NCBI GenBank assembly: GCA_965230915.1
Contig: OZ246395.1
Coordinates: 664,935-728,934, forward strand
Reading direction: 5' to 3'
DNA: 64,000 nt
From: an uncultured Candidatus Saccharibacteria bacterium
GTDB lineage: Bacteria > Patescibacteriota > WWE3 > 2-01-FULL-39-13
The notes beneath the pieces are model-generated. The model saw nothing but the letters and a program-made list of their open reading frames with translations. It did not search any database and was not told the DNA's origin. Below, one piece after another: positions 40,445 through 49,469 of this stretch. Both the position numbers and the translations under genes were made by a program. Each line of letters begins with the position of its first letter. Position 1 is the stretch's first letter.

Positions 40445-40715
40445 AAGTCATTTTGGATATGCAACACGCCTCATGATCATGAGGACAGTTGCCACTGTTA
40501 ATTGAATAAAATACTTCTTTGCCTTTAATTTCTTTCGATAAAAGGCCTGTTTTCAACATTTCAGTTAGGTGATAGCTCACAGTAGGCTGTTTTAAGCCAC
40601 TAAATTCTGTAAGTTCTGATACGTTTTTAGTGCCATTTTGGGCTAAAAACATATATATTTTAATTCTGGATTCGACACCGAGGTTTCGAAAACAGCCAGC
40701 ACATCCAACTTTCAT
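40422..40715 (-). CDS. ArsR/SmtB-family HTH transcriptional regulator with N- and C-terminal Cys motifs (candidate SufR-like regulator of the suf operon)
   Basis: Predicted start at the internal Met (40715), giving 97 aa: MKVGCAGCF...VSELTEFSGLKQPTVSYHLTEMLKTGLL (winged HTH)...CPHDHEACC. The track ORF extends to 40823 but the extra 36 aa are hydrophobic junk. 3' end overlaps sufC. Confidence 0.55.
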   Translation of the reverse strand: MKVGCAGCFRNLGVESRIKIYMFLAQNGTKNVSELTEFSGLKQPTVSYHLTEMLKTGLLSKEIKGKEVFYSINSGNCPHDHEACCISKMTYVENHKS

Positions 40716-40717
40716 AA

Positions 40718-40737
40718 ATATAGATAATAGTCTATAT
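40718..40737. promoter_or_regulatory. 7-bp inverted repeat ATATAGA-N6-TCTATAT immediately upstream of the ArsR-family regulator start (candidate autoregulatory operator)
   Basis: Seen directly at 40718..40724 and 40731..40737. ArsR/SmtB repressors classically bind imperfect inverted repeats overlapping their own promoter. Confidence 0.3.
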
Positions 40738-40855
40738 ATGTGGAAAACGCAATAAGCAAGCGGTTTTACGAAAAATAAAAAAAGAACCGAAGGAAAAATC
40801 TGTGACTGGGGTTGACCAGACAACGCTTTATGCGCGATTCTTCCCTCGGTTATGT

Positions 40856-40878
40856 GACAGCCGTTAATAGACTGTCAT
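40856..40878. promoter_or_regulatory. Inverted repeat TGACAG-N11-CTGTCA in the suf upstream region
   Basis: Seen directly. Located between the small GC-rich ORF and the regulator gene. Possible second operator or regulator-binding site. Confidence 0.25.
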
Positions 40879-40881
40879 GTG

Positions 40882-40974
40882 CTACCCGCCCACACCGTGG
40901 GGGGCCCCAGCAGAGACAACGAACATTACCAATGTACCTAAACTTACCAAGGCCGTGATGATCTTTGCCTTCAT
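40882..40974 (-). CDS. Unannotated 30-aa hydrophobic small ORF (MKAKIITALVSLGTLVMFVVSAGAPHGVGG) with strong Shine-Dalgarno, inside a locally GC-rich patch
   Basis: Own translation of the minus strand gives GGAGGT-6nt-ATG...TAG. The ~60-nt segment 40885..40915 is about 65% GC against a ~33% background. Below the ORF-track size cut-off. Confidence 0.3.
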   Translation of the reverse strand: MKAKIITALVSLGTLVMFVVSAGAPHGVGG

Positions 40975-41075
40975 GAGGTTATACCTCCTTTCTATAGGAT
41001 GTTGATATTATAAAATAAACCAACTAATTAACAAATAACAAAATAGATAACTAAAATGGGATATAATCTATCAAT

Positions 41076-42377
41076 ATGAAATTCCCATATGAATATTACA
41101 CTCTCAAAAATGGCTTGAGAGTTTTTTTAATGCCAAGCGATGCGGTAAGTTCGGCGACTGTTCTTGCGATGGTAAAAAGTGGATCAGCTAATGAAACTGA
41201 TGAAGAACAAGGTATTTCTCACTTAATAGAACATGTTTCGTTAACCGCGCTAAAAAGTTGGCCGACCAAAGAAATTTTAAACGAATCTGCCGAGTTACTC
41301 GGAGCACGCTTTAATGCATCAACGAGCCTTCAAGTTGTTAATTATCACATAAACATTCCATATACTAACGTTGATTTTGGGGTTCGATTTATTTATGAAA
41401 CTTTATACGAATGCACACTTAATGACGAATATATCGAACAAGAAAGAAAAATTATCCTAGATGAAATATCAAAGGTCGAAGATTCAGTCCATTATCAAAA
41501 CAATAAATTTATTTGGGATTCATTATCAGAAAAACATTCGGGCTACACAAGACCTATTGGTGGAACACAAGAATCTGTAAAAAGCTTTACATTAGATCAA
41601 GTAAAAAACTATTACAAAAAAATGCATAGTCCAAATAAAGTTTTGATTTCTGTAGTAGGTAATTTCGATATAGAAAAAGTAAAAAAGCAAATAGAATATT
41701 TATTCGAAAGTATAGAAATAACTGATGAATTGCAGAATTACCCAGATGACTCATTTAAATCAGGCGTTATAAAAACAAAAAAATCCAAAAAGTCAGATCT
41801 TGTAATGACAACTTTAGAAATGCCCTCCCTTTCATTTTATGAACACGACGAAAAGGAAGCTAATTACATGATTCTGATCGAATCAATTTTATGTGGACCT
41901 ATGTCTAGTCGACTTACAAAAAGACTTAGGGAAAAAGAAAACCTCCTTTATCATATAAATGCTGGTATCGCTTCACTACAAACATTTGGACACAGTTATG
42001 TAGAATATGATATCCCACCGCAATTATTCGAAAAAACATTAAAAATAGTAATTGAAGAACTTGAAAAATTTTATACTAACGGTGCAACAGAAAAAGAACT
42101 CGCTCATTATAAAGAATATTTAAATAATAGAATTCTAATTAGCCATGATACTGTTTACCAATACTCAGCACCAATTCGCGCGGATCTTTTCTGGGGAAGA
42201 AAAGTGCTAGATCTAGATGGAGTAATAAATTCTATTAAGAACGTCGAGATACATGAAATCAATCAATTGATAAAAAAAGCTATGAATATAAATAAGCTCA
42301 ATGGCTTAGCTTTTGGAAACGTAAACGATGAAACTGAAGCGACCATGAAAAAAATTCTTGAGAAATACCTGAAATAA
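41076..42377 (+). CDS. M16 family (pitrilysin/insulinase-like) zinc peptidase
   Basis: 433 aa with the inverted zinc motif HxxEH ('GISHLIEHVSL') near the N-terminus. Two-domain M16 size. Confidence 0.75.
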   Translation: MKFPYEYYTLKNGLRVFLMPSDAVSSATVLAMVKSGSANETDEEQGISHLIEHVSLTALKSWPTKEILNESAELLGARFNASTSLQVVNYHINIPYTNVDFGVRFIYETLYECTLNDEYIEQERKIILDEISKVEDSVHYQNNKFIWDSLSEKHSGYTRPIGGTQESVKSFTLDQVKNYYKKMHSPNKVLISVVGNFDIEKVKKQIEYLFESIEITDELQNYPDDSFKSGVIKTKKSKKSDLVMTTLEMPSLSFYEHDEKEANYMILIESILCGPMSSRLTKRLREKENLLYHINAGIASLQTFGHSYVEYDIPPQLFEKTLKIVIEELEKFYTNGATEKELAHYKEYLNNRILISHDTVYQYSAPIRADLFWGRKVLDLDGVINSIKNVEIHEINQLIKKAMNINKLNGLAFGNVNDETEATMKKILEKYLK

Positions 42378-42436
42378 CTTAACAGTATTTCAAGGTCTAT
42401 TGAATTTTCAAACGTAAATAGTATAAAAGAAATAAG

Positions 42437-43564
42437 GTGCTTAAATTAAAATTATCTCATTGGGTATATAAAAACGTATTAAAGCCTGTATTTTTCTCAC
42501 AAGATCCTGAAAAGATTCATAATTTAATATCAAAGATTGGTGAATTTTTAGGCAGATATAAATTATTAAAACATCTTACATCTACGCTTATAAAATATGA
42601 CAATCCATTATTACAACAAAATCTGATCGGTATTAAGTTCGAAAACCCGATCGGTCTATCTGCAGGATTTGACTACGACGGACATATGGCGGAAATACTT
42701 CCACATGTTGGCTTTGGGTTTAATACCGTGGGTACAGTTACAGCAAAACCATATGAAGGCAATAAACCTCCTCGTTTAAAGCGCCTGCCAAAATCAAAAT
42801 CGCTACTAGTAAACAAAGGCTTTAAGTCCGATGGTGTCGATGCGATTATAAAAAGATTACGCAGTAAAAACTTAGATAAAAATACTCTCGGCATTAGTGT
42901 TGGTAGCTCAAATATTTCTGAGATAAATACAATTGAACAAGCGATCTCAGATTATTGTGAAAGTTTTCAAAAATTAAAAAACGAGAGTTATATAAAATAT
43001 TTTGAATTAAATATAAGCTGTCCTAATACTGCTTTAACTGAAGGATTCGGAAATAAAAATAATCTCAACTTGCTTTTGACTAATATAAATAAGTTGAAAA
43101 TTGAAAAACCAATTTTCATAAAGATGGCTAATGAGTTGAGTATTGAAACAACAGAACAACTTATTGAGACTGCTTTAAACTTTATCGAAATAAAAGGGTT
43201 CATATTTTCAAATTTGGTCAAAGATAGAACTAATGAAAATTTTGATAAAGATGAAATTCAATCAATGGAAGATTTCAAAGGTAATTTTAGTGGAAAGCCA
43301 ACTTATGAAAATTCAAATAAGCTAATTTCAAATATTTATAAAAAATATGGCAAACGAACTTTACTAATTGGTTGCGGCGGAGTCTTCTCTGCCGAAGACG
43401 CATACGAAAAGATCAAAAGTGGAGCATCGCTAGTACAACTTATTACCGGCATGATTTACGAAGGTCCACAATTGATAGGGGAAATTAATGAAGGTCTGGT
43501 TGAGCTACTAAAACAAGATGGCTTTCAAAATATTTCAGAAGCTGTCGGCAAATATCACGCATAA
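42437..43564 (+). CDS. pyrD: Dihydroorotate dehydrogenase (class 2, quinone-dependent type)
   Basis: 375 aa. 'NPIGLSAGFDYDGH', 'GFGFNTVGTVTAKPYEGNKPPRLKRL', 'ELNISCPNT' and 'LIGCGGVFSAEDAYEKI' are canonical class-2 DHODH blocks. Confidence 0.8.
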   Translation: MLKLKLSHWVYKNVLKPVFFSQDPEKIHNLISKIGEFLGRYKLLKHLTSTLIKYDNPLLQQNLIGIKFENPIGLSAGFDYDGHMAEILPHVGFGFNTVGTVTAKPYEGNKPPRLKRLPKSKSLLVNKGFKSDGVDAIIKRLRSKNLDKNTLGISVGSSNISEINTIEQAISDYCESFQKLKNESYIKYFELNISCPNTALTEGFGNKNNLNLLLTNINKLKIEKPIFIKMANELSIETTEQLIETALNFIEIKGFIFSNLVKDRTNENFDKDEIQSMEDFKGNFSGKPTYENSNKLISNIYKKYGKRTLLIGCGGVFSAEDAYEKIKSGASLVQLITGMIYEGPQLIGEINEGLVELLKQDGFQNISEAVGKYHA

Positions 43565-43578
43565 CCTAAATATAAATA

Positions 43579-46116
43579 TTAGTTTTTCCCATGACAGTTC
43601 TTAAATTTCTTTCCGCTACCGCAAGGGCATGGATCGTTTCTTCCAACCTTTTCGCCTTTAACAATTGGCATATGATTTTCCTTTTTGACTTCTTCGATTT
43701 CTTCGCCGACTCCACTTTCTAATTTGCCGGCTTCGTATTGAACATTTGTAGAATCAACAGCTTGTTCAATCGGACGATTTTCTACTATATTAACTTCAAC
43801 TTTTGTTAATCGGTCAGCAACTGTTGACCATGTTTCATTTAATAATTTTTCGAATAAATCTTTTCCATCACGGCGATATTCAACTAGTGGGTCGGACTGA
43901 CCATAACTTCGCAATTTAACTCCTTCGCGCAAATCATCCATTGTATCGATATGATCCATCCATAGTAAATCTATCGTCTCTAATGCAACACGCTTTTCAA
44001 CTTCAAACCAAATATCGTCTCCGTATTTTTTGCGTTGTGCGTTGATTGTTTTTTGAGAATCTTCATCCAATGAAAGTTTTGATTCTATCCATGAAAAGAA
44101 TTCTTCTTTTTCTTCAATTTTTGATTGTAAAATATTTCTTCTAAGAGAATAAATTGTCTCACGTTGTACATTAACAACGTCATCAAATTCAACAACATTT
44201 CTTCTAGAATCAAAATTCATAGATTCAACTTTCTTTTGTGCATTTTCAATTGATGCAGAAATAAGGCCTGCTTCAATCGGAGTGTTTTCATCTACACCTA
44301 ATCGTCCCATCAAAGCTTCAATTCTTTCTCCTCCAAAAATGCGCAATAAATCATCTTGTAATGATAAAAAGAATCTGGATTCTCCAGGATCTCCTTGACG
44401 ACCTGACCGACCACGAAGCTGGTTATCTATACGACGGGATTCGTGGCGCTCAGTACCAATTACATAAAGTCCTCCTAAATTCACGATCTCATCATAAGCC
44501 TCTTTATTAAATGGATCTCCCCCTAAAATAATGTCGACACCGCGTCCAGCCATATTTGTCGCAACTGTAACTGAATTTTTCTTTCCAGCCTGAGAAATTA
44601 CTTGAGCTTCTTTCTCATTTTGTTTAGCATTTAAAATTTCATGTGGAATTTTCAAGCGTTTCAGAAAGTTTGATAATAGTTGTGATTTTTCAACTGAAGT
44701 AGTACCAATTAAAACAGGCTGGCCATTCTTATATCTTTCTGCGATTTCATTTGCAGCAGCGCGATATTTAGCAGATTCAGTTTTATATACTAAATCGGTT
44801 TTATCAAGTCTTTGAACAGCCCTAAAAGTTGGAATCGACACAACATCTAGTGAATACATCTTAAAAAACTCTTCGGCTTCTGTTGCAGCAGTTCCGGTCA
44901 TACCTGCTAACTTTTCGTACAATCTAAAATAATTTTGATATGAAATAGTAGCCACCGTCTTTGACTCGGCTTCAATTGTTACACCCTCTTTTGCCTCAAT
45001 TGCTTGGTGTAACCCATTACTCCAACGATTGCCCATTAATAAACGGCCTGTGTTTTGGTCAACAATTATTACTTTTCCATTTTGCACAACATAATCTCGA
45101 TCCTTTTCATACAACGCTTTTGCACGAACTGCATTTTCTACATGATGCACAGTCTGAAAATCATTTTCGTATAAATTCTTAACGCCTAGTTTTCTTTCGA
45201 CTTTTGAAATTCCCAGTTCAGTCAAGGTTACGATTTTATATTTTTCGTCAACATCGTAATCGGTTTTCTTCACCAATGTATTGGCAAGTTCTGCAAACTG
45301 ATAATACTTTTGGGAACTTTCCTGTTGCGGCTGAGAAATAATAAGTGGAGTTCTAGCAACATCAATTAAAACAGAGTCGACTTCATCGACAATCGCAAAA
45401 TTGTGTGCACCTAGTTCTGAGTTAGGATTTGTCTGAATAATCTGCGCTAAATCAACACGCATATTATCCCACAAGTAATCGAAACCAAATTGGCTGTTAG
45501 TCCCATATGTAATATCAGCCTGATATGCTTCTTTTCGTGTTGATGATTTTAAATGTTTCGAATATTCATCAATAATTTCTTCATTTGAATATTCAGGGTC
45601 ATATATAAATTGGGCATGATCAATTACAACTCCAACCTTTAAACCTAAATAAGTATAAAGAGGACCATACCAACCAGCTCCATGTTTAGACAAATAATCA
45701 TTTGGAGTGACCAAATGGACTCCGCGACCTGTTAGTGAATTTAAATAAAGGGGTAGGGTAGCTGTTAAAGTTTTTCCCTCTCCAGTTTTTTGTTCTGCAA
45801 TCTTGCCTTGATGCAAAACAATACCAGCCATTAATTGAACATCACGATGACGCTGTTTCATAACACGTTTAGAAGCCTCACGAACAATCGCATACGCTTC
45901 CGGAAGAATCTCATCAAGAATTTCTTGCCTTTCCTCCTTTGTTATGGCATCGCGTCGTAATCTATTTTGCCATTCAAAAGTCTTATTCTTAATTTCTTCG
46001 GCGGATAATTTTTCAAACTCAGATTCAAGATCATTTATCTTTTTAATTATTGGATCGATTTTGGAAATTTTATATTCGTTGCTATTTGTAAGCCTGCCCA
46101 ATATACCTTTTAACAT
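43579..46116 (-). CDS. secA: Preprotein translocase ATPase SecA
   Basis: 845 aa. DEAD-like motor motifs and the C-terminal zinc finger 'CPCGSGKKFKNCHG'. Convergent with pyrD with a 14-nt gap. Confidence 0.95.
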   Translation of the reverse strand: MLKGILGRLTNSNEYKISKIDPIIKKINDLESEFEKLSAEEIKNKTFEWQNRLRRDAITKEERQEILDEILPEAYAIVREASKRVMKQRHRDVQLMAGIVLHQGKIAEQKTGEGKTLTATLPLYLNSLTGRGVHLVTPNDYLSKHGAGWYGPLYTYLGLKVGVVIDHAQFIYDPEYSNEEIIDEYSKHLKSSTRKEAYQADITYGTNSQFGFDYLWDNMRVDLAQIIQTNPNSELGAHNFAIVDEVDSVLIDVARTPLIISQPQQESSQKYYQFAELANTLVKKTDYDVDEKYKIVTLTELGISKVERKLGVKNLYENDFQTVHHVENAVRAKALYEKDRDYVVQNGKVIIVDQNTGRLLMGNRWSNGLHQAIEAKEGVTIEAESKTVATISYQNYFRLYEKLAGMTGTAATEAEEFFKMYSLDVVSIPTFRAVQRLDKTDLVYKTESAKYRAAANEIAERYKNGQPVLIGTTSVEKSQLLSNFLKRLKIPHEILNAKQNEKEAQVISQAGKKNSVTVATNMAGRGVDIILGGDPFNKEAYDEIVNLGGLYVIGTERHESRRIDNQLRGRSGRQGDPGESRFFLSLQDDLLRIFGGERIEALMGRLGVDENTPIEAGLISASIENAQKKVESMNFDSRRNVVEFDDVVNVQRETIYSLRRNILQSKIEEKEEFFSWIESKLSLDEDSQKTINAQRKKYGDDIWFEVEKRVALETIDLLWMDHIDTMDDLREGVKLRSYGQSDPLVEYRRDGKDLFEKLLNETWSTVADRLTKVEVNIVENRPIEQAVDSTNVQYEAGKLESGVGEEIEEVKKENHMPIVKGEKVGRNDPCPCGSGKKFKNCHGKN

Positions 46117-46243
46117 TATGCATTATAAAGTTGCACTTAAATAAAACATCACTTTAAATATAAAGTTTATTCTAGTGCCAACTTATGGCTAAACTCTGAA
46201 ATGTCTAATTAAACTATAATAGGCATTTTATTGCCTTCTGCCA

Positions 46244-47083
46244 TTATAGCACTCGGCTCAAGGATATGATGATTATTCCAACGATTATTCGATAGATAAT
46301 AAATACCATTAGGCCATGCTTTCTTAAAAAATTTAATAAAAATTTAATTACAAGGATCCCTACTATAAACGAAGTTAAAAAGCCCACAGCTAACGGAAGA
46401 TTTCCAACAGGTGAACTTAACATGTCCGGTAATTCTAAAGCGCCCGCTGCAAGTATTAGAGGAGTCGATAACAAAAATGAAAATTTTGCAGCAGTTGAAT
46501 AATCGATTTTCCCGAAAAGTGAAGTTGAGATTGTTATACCCGATCTCGAAGTCCCAGGGAATAAAGCTAAAATCTGTGAGCTAGAGATTATTAAAGTTTT
46601 TATAAATGGAATATTTAAAATATCATGTTCTAGAAATGCTTTGTTCGATCTCGCATACATATCCGCCAAAAACATTATGATGCTTATTACAATAAACATT
46701 ATTCCTACAAATAGGGCAGATCTGAAGTTTTCTTCTATAAAATCTTTTAAAAGAAGTCCCGCAATACCGACTGGTATACAAGCAATTATTATATAGACAA
46801 GCATTTTTGTTTCGCGTCGTAATGTTACCCAGTCAAATTTTCTTGAAATAATCACACCATGCATATCCATAAAGAATGCGACAATCATTTCGTACCAATC
46901 TTTCCAGAAAAAAAGTAGGACAGCCAAAGCTGTACCGAGGTGCAACGCTACATCAAAGCTTAGATCTTGAAGCGGCCAACTTAATAAATATGGAATTAAA
47001 ATTAAATGGCCTGACGATGAGATAGGTAAAAATTCTGTAATTCCCTGAACAATACCAAGTACAAATGCTTGAATAAGTGTCAT
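46244..47083 (-). CDS. uppP: Undecaprenyl-diphosphatase (BacA/UppP)
   Basis: 279 aa. 'GITEFLPISSSGHLIL' signature and 8 TM helices. Confidence 0.85.
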   Translation of the reverse strand: MTLIQAFVLGIVQGITEFLPISSSGHLILIPYLLSWPLQDLSFDVALHLGTALAVLLFFWKDWYEMIVAFFMDMHGVIISRKFDWVTLRRETKMLVYIIIACIPVGIAGLLLKDFIEENFRSALFVGIMFIVISIIMFLADMYARSNKAFLEHDILNIPFIKTLIISSSQILALFPGTSRSGITISTSLFGKIDYSTAAKFSFLLSTPLILAAGALELPDMLSSPVGNLPLAVGFLTSFIVGILVIKFLLNFLRKHGLMVFIIYRIIVGIIIISLSRVL

Positions 47084-47589
47084 TTAATTTTCCTCCCAGA
47101 GATGTCGTAAAACATAAATACTAAAGTAACCAAATAGCCTAGTACAATTCCCGCAGAAACATCTGTCCATGTGTGCGCCTTAAGCACAACTCTCAGCCAC
47201 ATTACGATAAGCCCTAATATAATTACAACTAAACATTTTAGCCCTTCTATTGTTGTAAAACCTTTTTTCACCGCCTCCCCTATTTCTGCAAAATTTTTCA
47301 GGGGAGTATGACAAATTAACAAGTAGAAAAATATTACACATGCTGCCGTTGCGGAATGGGTTGATGGGAATCCACTTCCTTCAAAAACAAACTCAGAAAT
47401 TGGCCTTGGAGCATTAACAACATACTTTATAAATCCTGATATGCTTGAAACTAAAACCAATGCAATTCCAAAATCGAGTAAGCGAGTTGGCTTAAAATAA
47501 TAAATAAATATCCCGACTAAAAATATAAGTGACAGTAATAAAAATCTATCGATTTGGAATAAAAATGGCAGGTACGAAATTAACGTCAT
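47080..47589 (-). CDS. PAP2-family membrane phosphatase (PgpB/YbjG-like, probable second undecaprenyl-PP phosphatase)
   Basis: 169 aa. PAP2 motifs 'NAPRPI', 'FPSTHS' and 'HTWTDV'. 4-nt overlap with uppP. Confidence 0.7.
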   Translation of the reverse strand: MTLISYLPFLFQIDRFLLLSLIFLVGIFIYYFKPTRLLDFGIALVLVSSISGFIKYVVNAPRPISEFVFEGSGFPSTHSATAACVIFFYLLICHTPLKNFAEIGEAVKKGFTTIEGLKCLVVIILGLIVMWLRVVLKAHTWTDVSAGIVLGYLVTLVFMFYDISGRKIK

Positions 47590-47593
47590 ATAA

Positions 47594-48871
47594 TTAGTTT
47601 TCTTTCTCGATCTTGTCGAAACCAGTATATTTTCTTAAGACTTCCGGAACGGTAATTGATCCATCTTCATTCTGATAATTTTCTAAAACTGCTGCCAATA
47701 ATCTTGGAGTTGCCGCGACAGTATTATTTAATGTGTAAACATATTTTGTTTCTCCATCTTTTGCACGATATCTCATATTTAAGCGACGTGCCTGAAAATC
47801 ATTAAAGTATGAATCAGAATGTGTTTCTCGATATTTATCTTGTGACGGAAACCAAGTTTCAACGTCATATTTTTTTCGCTGACCGGCACCCATGTCTCCA
47901 GTACACATTAATAGAACCTGATAACTTAGGCCCAAACCTTTTAACACATTTTCTGCATAACCAAGCATTTTATCGTGCCATTCTCTTGATAACATTTCAT
48001 CAGCTGGAAGTAATACAACCTGTTCTACTTTATTAAAGTAATGAATTCTAAAAACACCGCGTGTATCTTTTCCGTGGCTCCCGACCTCGCGTCTAAAACA
48101 TGGAGACTGCCCAACCATTAAAATCGGCAAATCTTTTTCATCTAAAGTTTCATTGGCATGATATGCAGTCAGTGAAACTTCCGCAGTTCCAACTAAACCT
48201 TGATCGTCTTGTGTGTAATAGTGATCTTCTTCACCCCACGGAAAATACCCGGTGCCTAATAACCATTCTTTATTTACCATTACCGGAACTGACATTGGCT
48301 TAAACCCCTGTGAAATCATGTAATCGAGTGCGTATCTTAATATTGCCTGCTCTAAAATCATCCCTTTTCCGACTAAAAAGTATCCGCGAAAACCTGCGAC
48401 TTTAGAACCGCGTTCGGTATCAATAATTCCCAAATTTTCAGCCAAGGTTAAGTGATCTTTTGCTTCAAATGGTAATTTATTTGGTTTTCCTTCCACTTTT
48501 ATGATTTTATTTTCACTCTCATCTTTTCCGATTGGAACATCTTCTGCTGGAGGATTCGGAACCCAGATTAATAATTCATCTAAAGATGCTTTGTCCTCGC
48601 GTAATTTTTCTTCGAGCTCTTTTACTTTTGGCTTTATCTCTGATGACTGTTGAATAAATGGCTCGCGTTCTTCTTTTGATTTTGAGGTTTTAATTTTTTC
48701 ATCCAGGTCATTTCGCTGTGCACGTAAATTATCAAGTTCAACTGTAGTTTCACGAACAGCTTTATCAATTTGTAAAATCAAATCGATATCTACAGTTCCT
48801 TGTAATTGTTTATTTTTAATCGCTTCTTTTATTTTGTCGGGATTTTCCCTTATGAATTTTATATCTAACAT
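47594..48871 (-). CDS. serS: Seryl-tRNA synthetase
   Basis: 425 aa. N-terminal coiled-coil arm plus class II motifs ('FRRE', 'GSHGKDTRGVFRIHYFNKVEQ'). Confidence 0.9.
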   Translation of the reverse strand: MLDIKFIRENPDKIKEAIKNKQLQGTVDIDLILQIDKAVRETTVELDNLRAQRNDLDEKIKTSKSKEEREPFIQQSSEIKPKVKELEEKLREDKASLDELLIWVPNPPAEDVPIGKDESENKIIKVEGKPNKLPFEAKDHLTLAENLGIIDTERGSKVAGFRGYFLVGKGMILEQAILRYALDYMISQGFKPMSVPVMVNKEWLLGTGYFPWGEEDHYYTQDDQGLVGTAEVSLTAYHANETLDEKDLPILMVGQSPCFRREVGSHGKDTRGVFRIHYFNKVEQVVLLPADEMLSREWHDKMLGYAENVLKGLGLSYQVLLMCTGDMGAGQRKKYDVETWFPSQDKYRETHSDSYFNDFQARRLNMRYRAKDGETKYVYTLNNTVAATPRLLAAVLENYQNEDGSITVPEVLRKYTGFDKIEKEN

Positions 48872-48875
48872 TTTT

Positions 48876-49469
48876 TTATATACCTAATTGTTCGTGGTTT
48901 TCTTTCATAGAGTTTAGTACAACTTCCATAAAAGTATCCAACGGAATATTTAACTTTTCTTCTACTTGCTCGGTTTGCTCTCGAATAACTCCACGTGCAA
49001 AAGCTTTTTCTTTCCATCTTTTTTTCATAAATTGAAGGTCAACCGGATCCAATTTTTTAGTTGAACCAATAAGTGCACATGCAACAATAAAACCGGTTAA
49101 TTCATCGCAACACTCTAAAGCCCATTCCATTTGAGTTTCAGGTTCTCGTAAATTTGTGCGTTTTGTATTGTGCGACTGAATTGCTTTATACAACGCGTCA
49201 TCTTCTGAAACACCATTTTCTTTTAGCCATGCTAATTCTAATAAAGTATGCTGTTCCCAGTCATCTTTTGTAATTTCATAATCTGCGTCGTGTAAAATTC
49301 CAAGAACTTCCCAAGTCTCGCGATCGGGAGCATCAGCGTTTAATTTGTTTTCGCGTTCTAGATAATCTCGAATTCCGACAAGTGCAATTCCAACTGCATA
49401 ACAATGCTTTCGTAAATTAGGAGACTGCATATTTTTATGTAATATTTCAAGTGCGCGGTCTTTATTCAT
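48876..49469 (-). CDS. HD-domain phosphohydrolase
   Basis: 197 aa. 'LRKHCYAV' (His) and 'LGILHDADYE' (HD) metal-binding motifs. Confidence 0.6.
   Translation of the reverse strand: MNKDRALEILHKNMQSPNLRKHCYAVGIALVGIRDYLERENKLNADAPDRETWEVLGILHDADYEITKDDWEQHTLLELAWLKENGVSEDDALYKAIQSHNTKRTNLREPETQMEWALECCDELTGFIVACALIGSTKKLDPVDLQFMKKRWKEKAFARGVIREQTEQVEEKLNIPLDTFMEVVLNSMKENHEQLGI

Noticed and set aside
40716-40823. N-terminal 36-aa extension of the ArsR-like ORF as given in the track (MSGQPQSQIFPSVLFLFFVKPLAYCVFHIYRLLSIF)
   Set aside because: It is hydrophobic, has no start-codon context, and overlaps the ATATAGA-N6-TCTATAT repeat. The internal Met at 40715 gives a canonical ~97-aa ArsR protein.
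46117-46243. Weak hairpin GGCA-ttttat-TGCC after uppP as a terminator
   Set aside because: Only a 4-bp stem with a poor U-tract. It is more likely part of the secA promoter/leader region.
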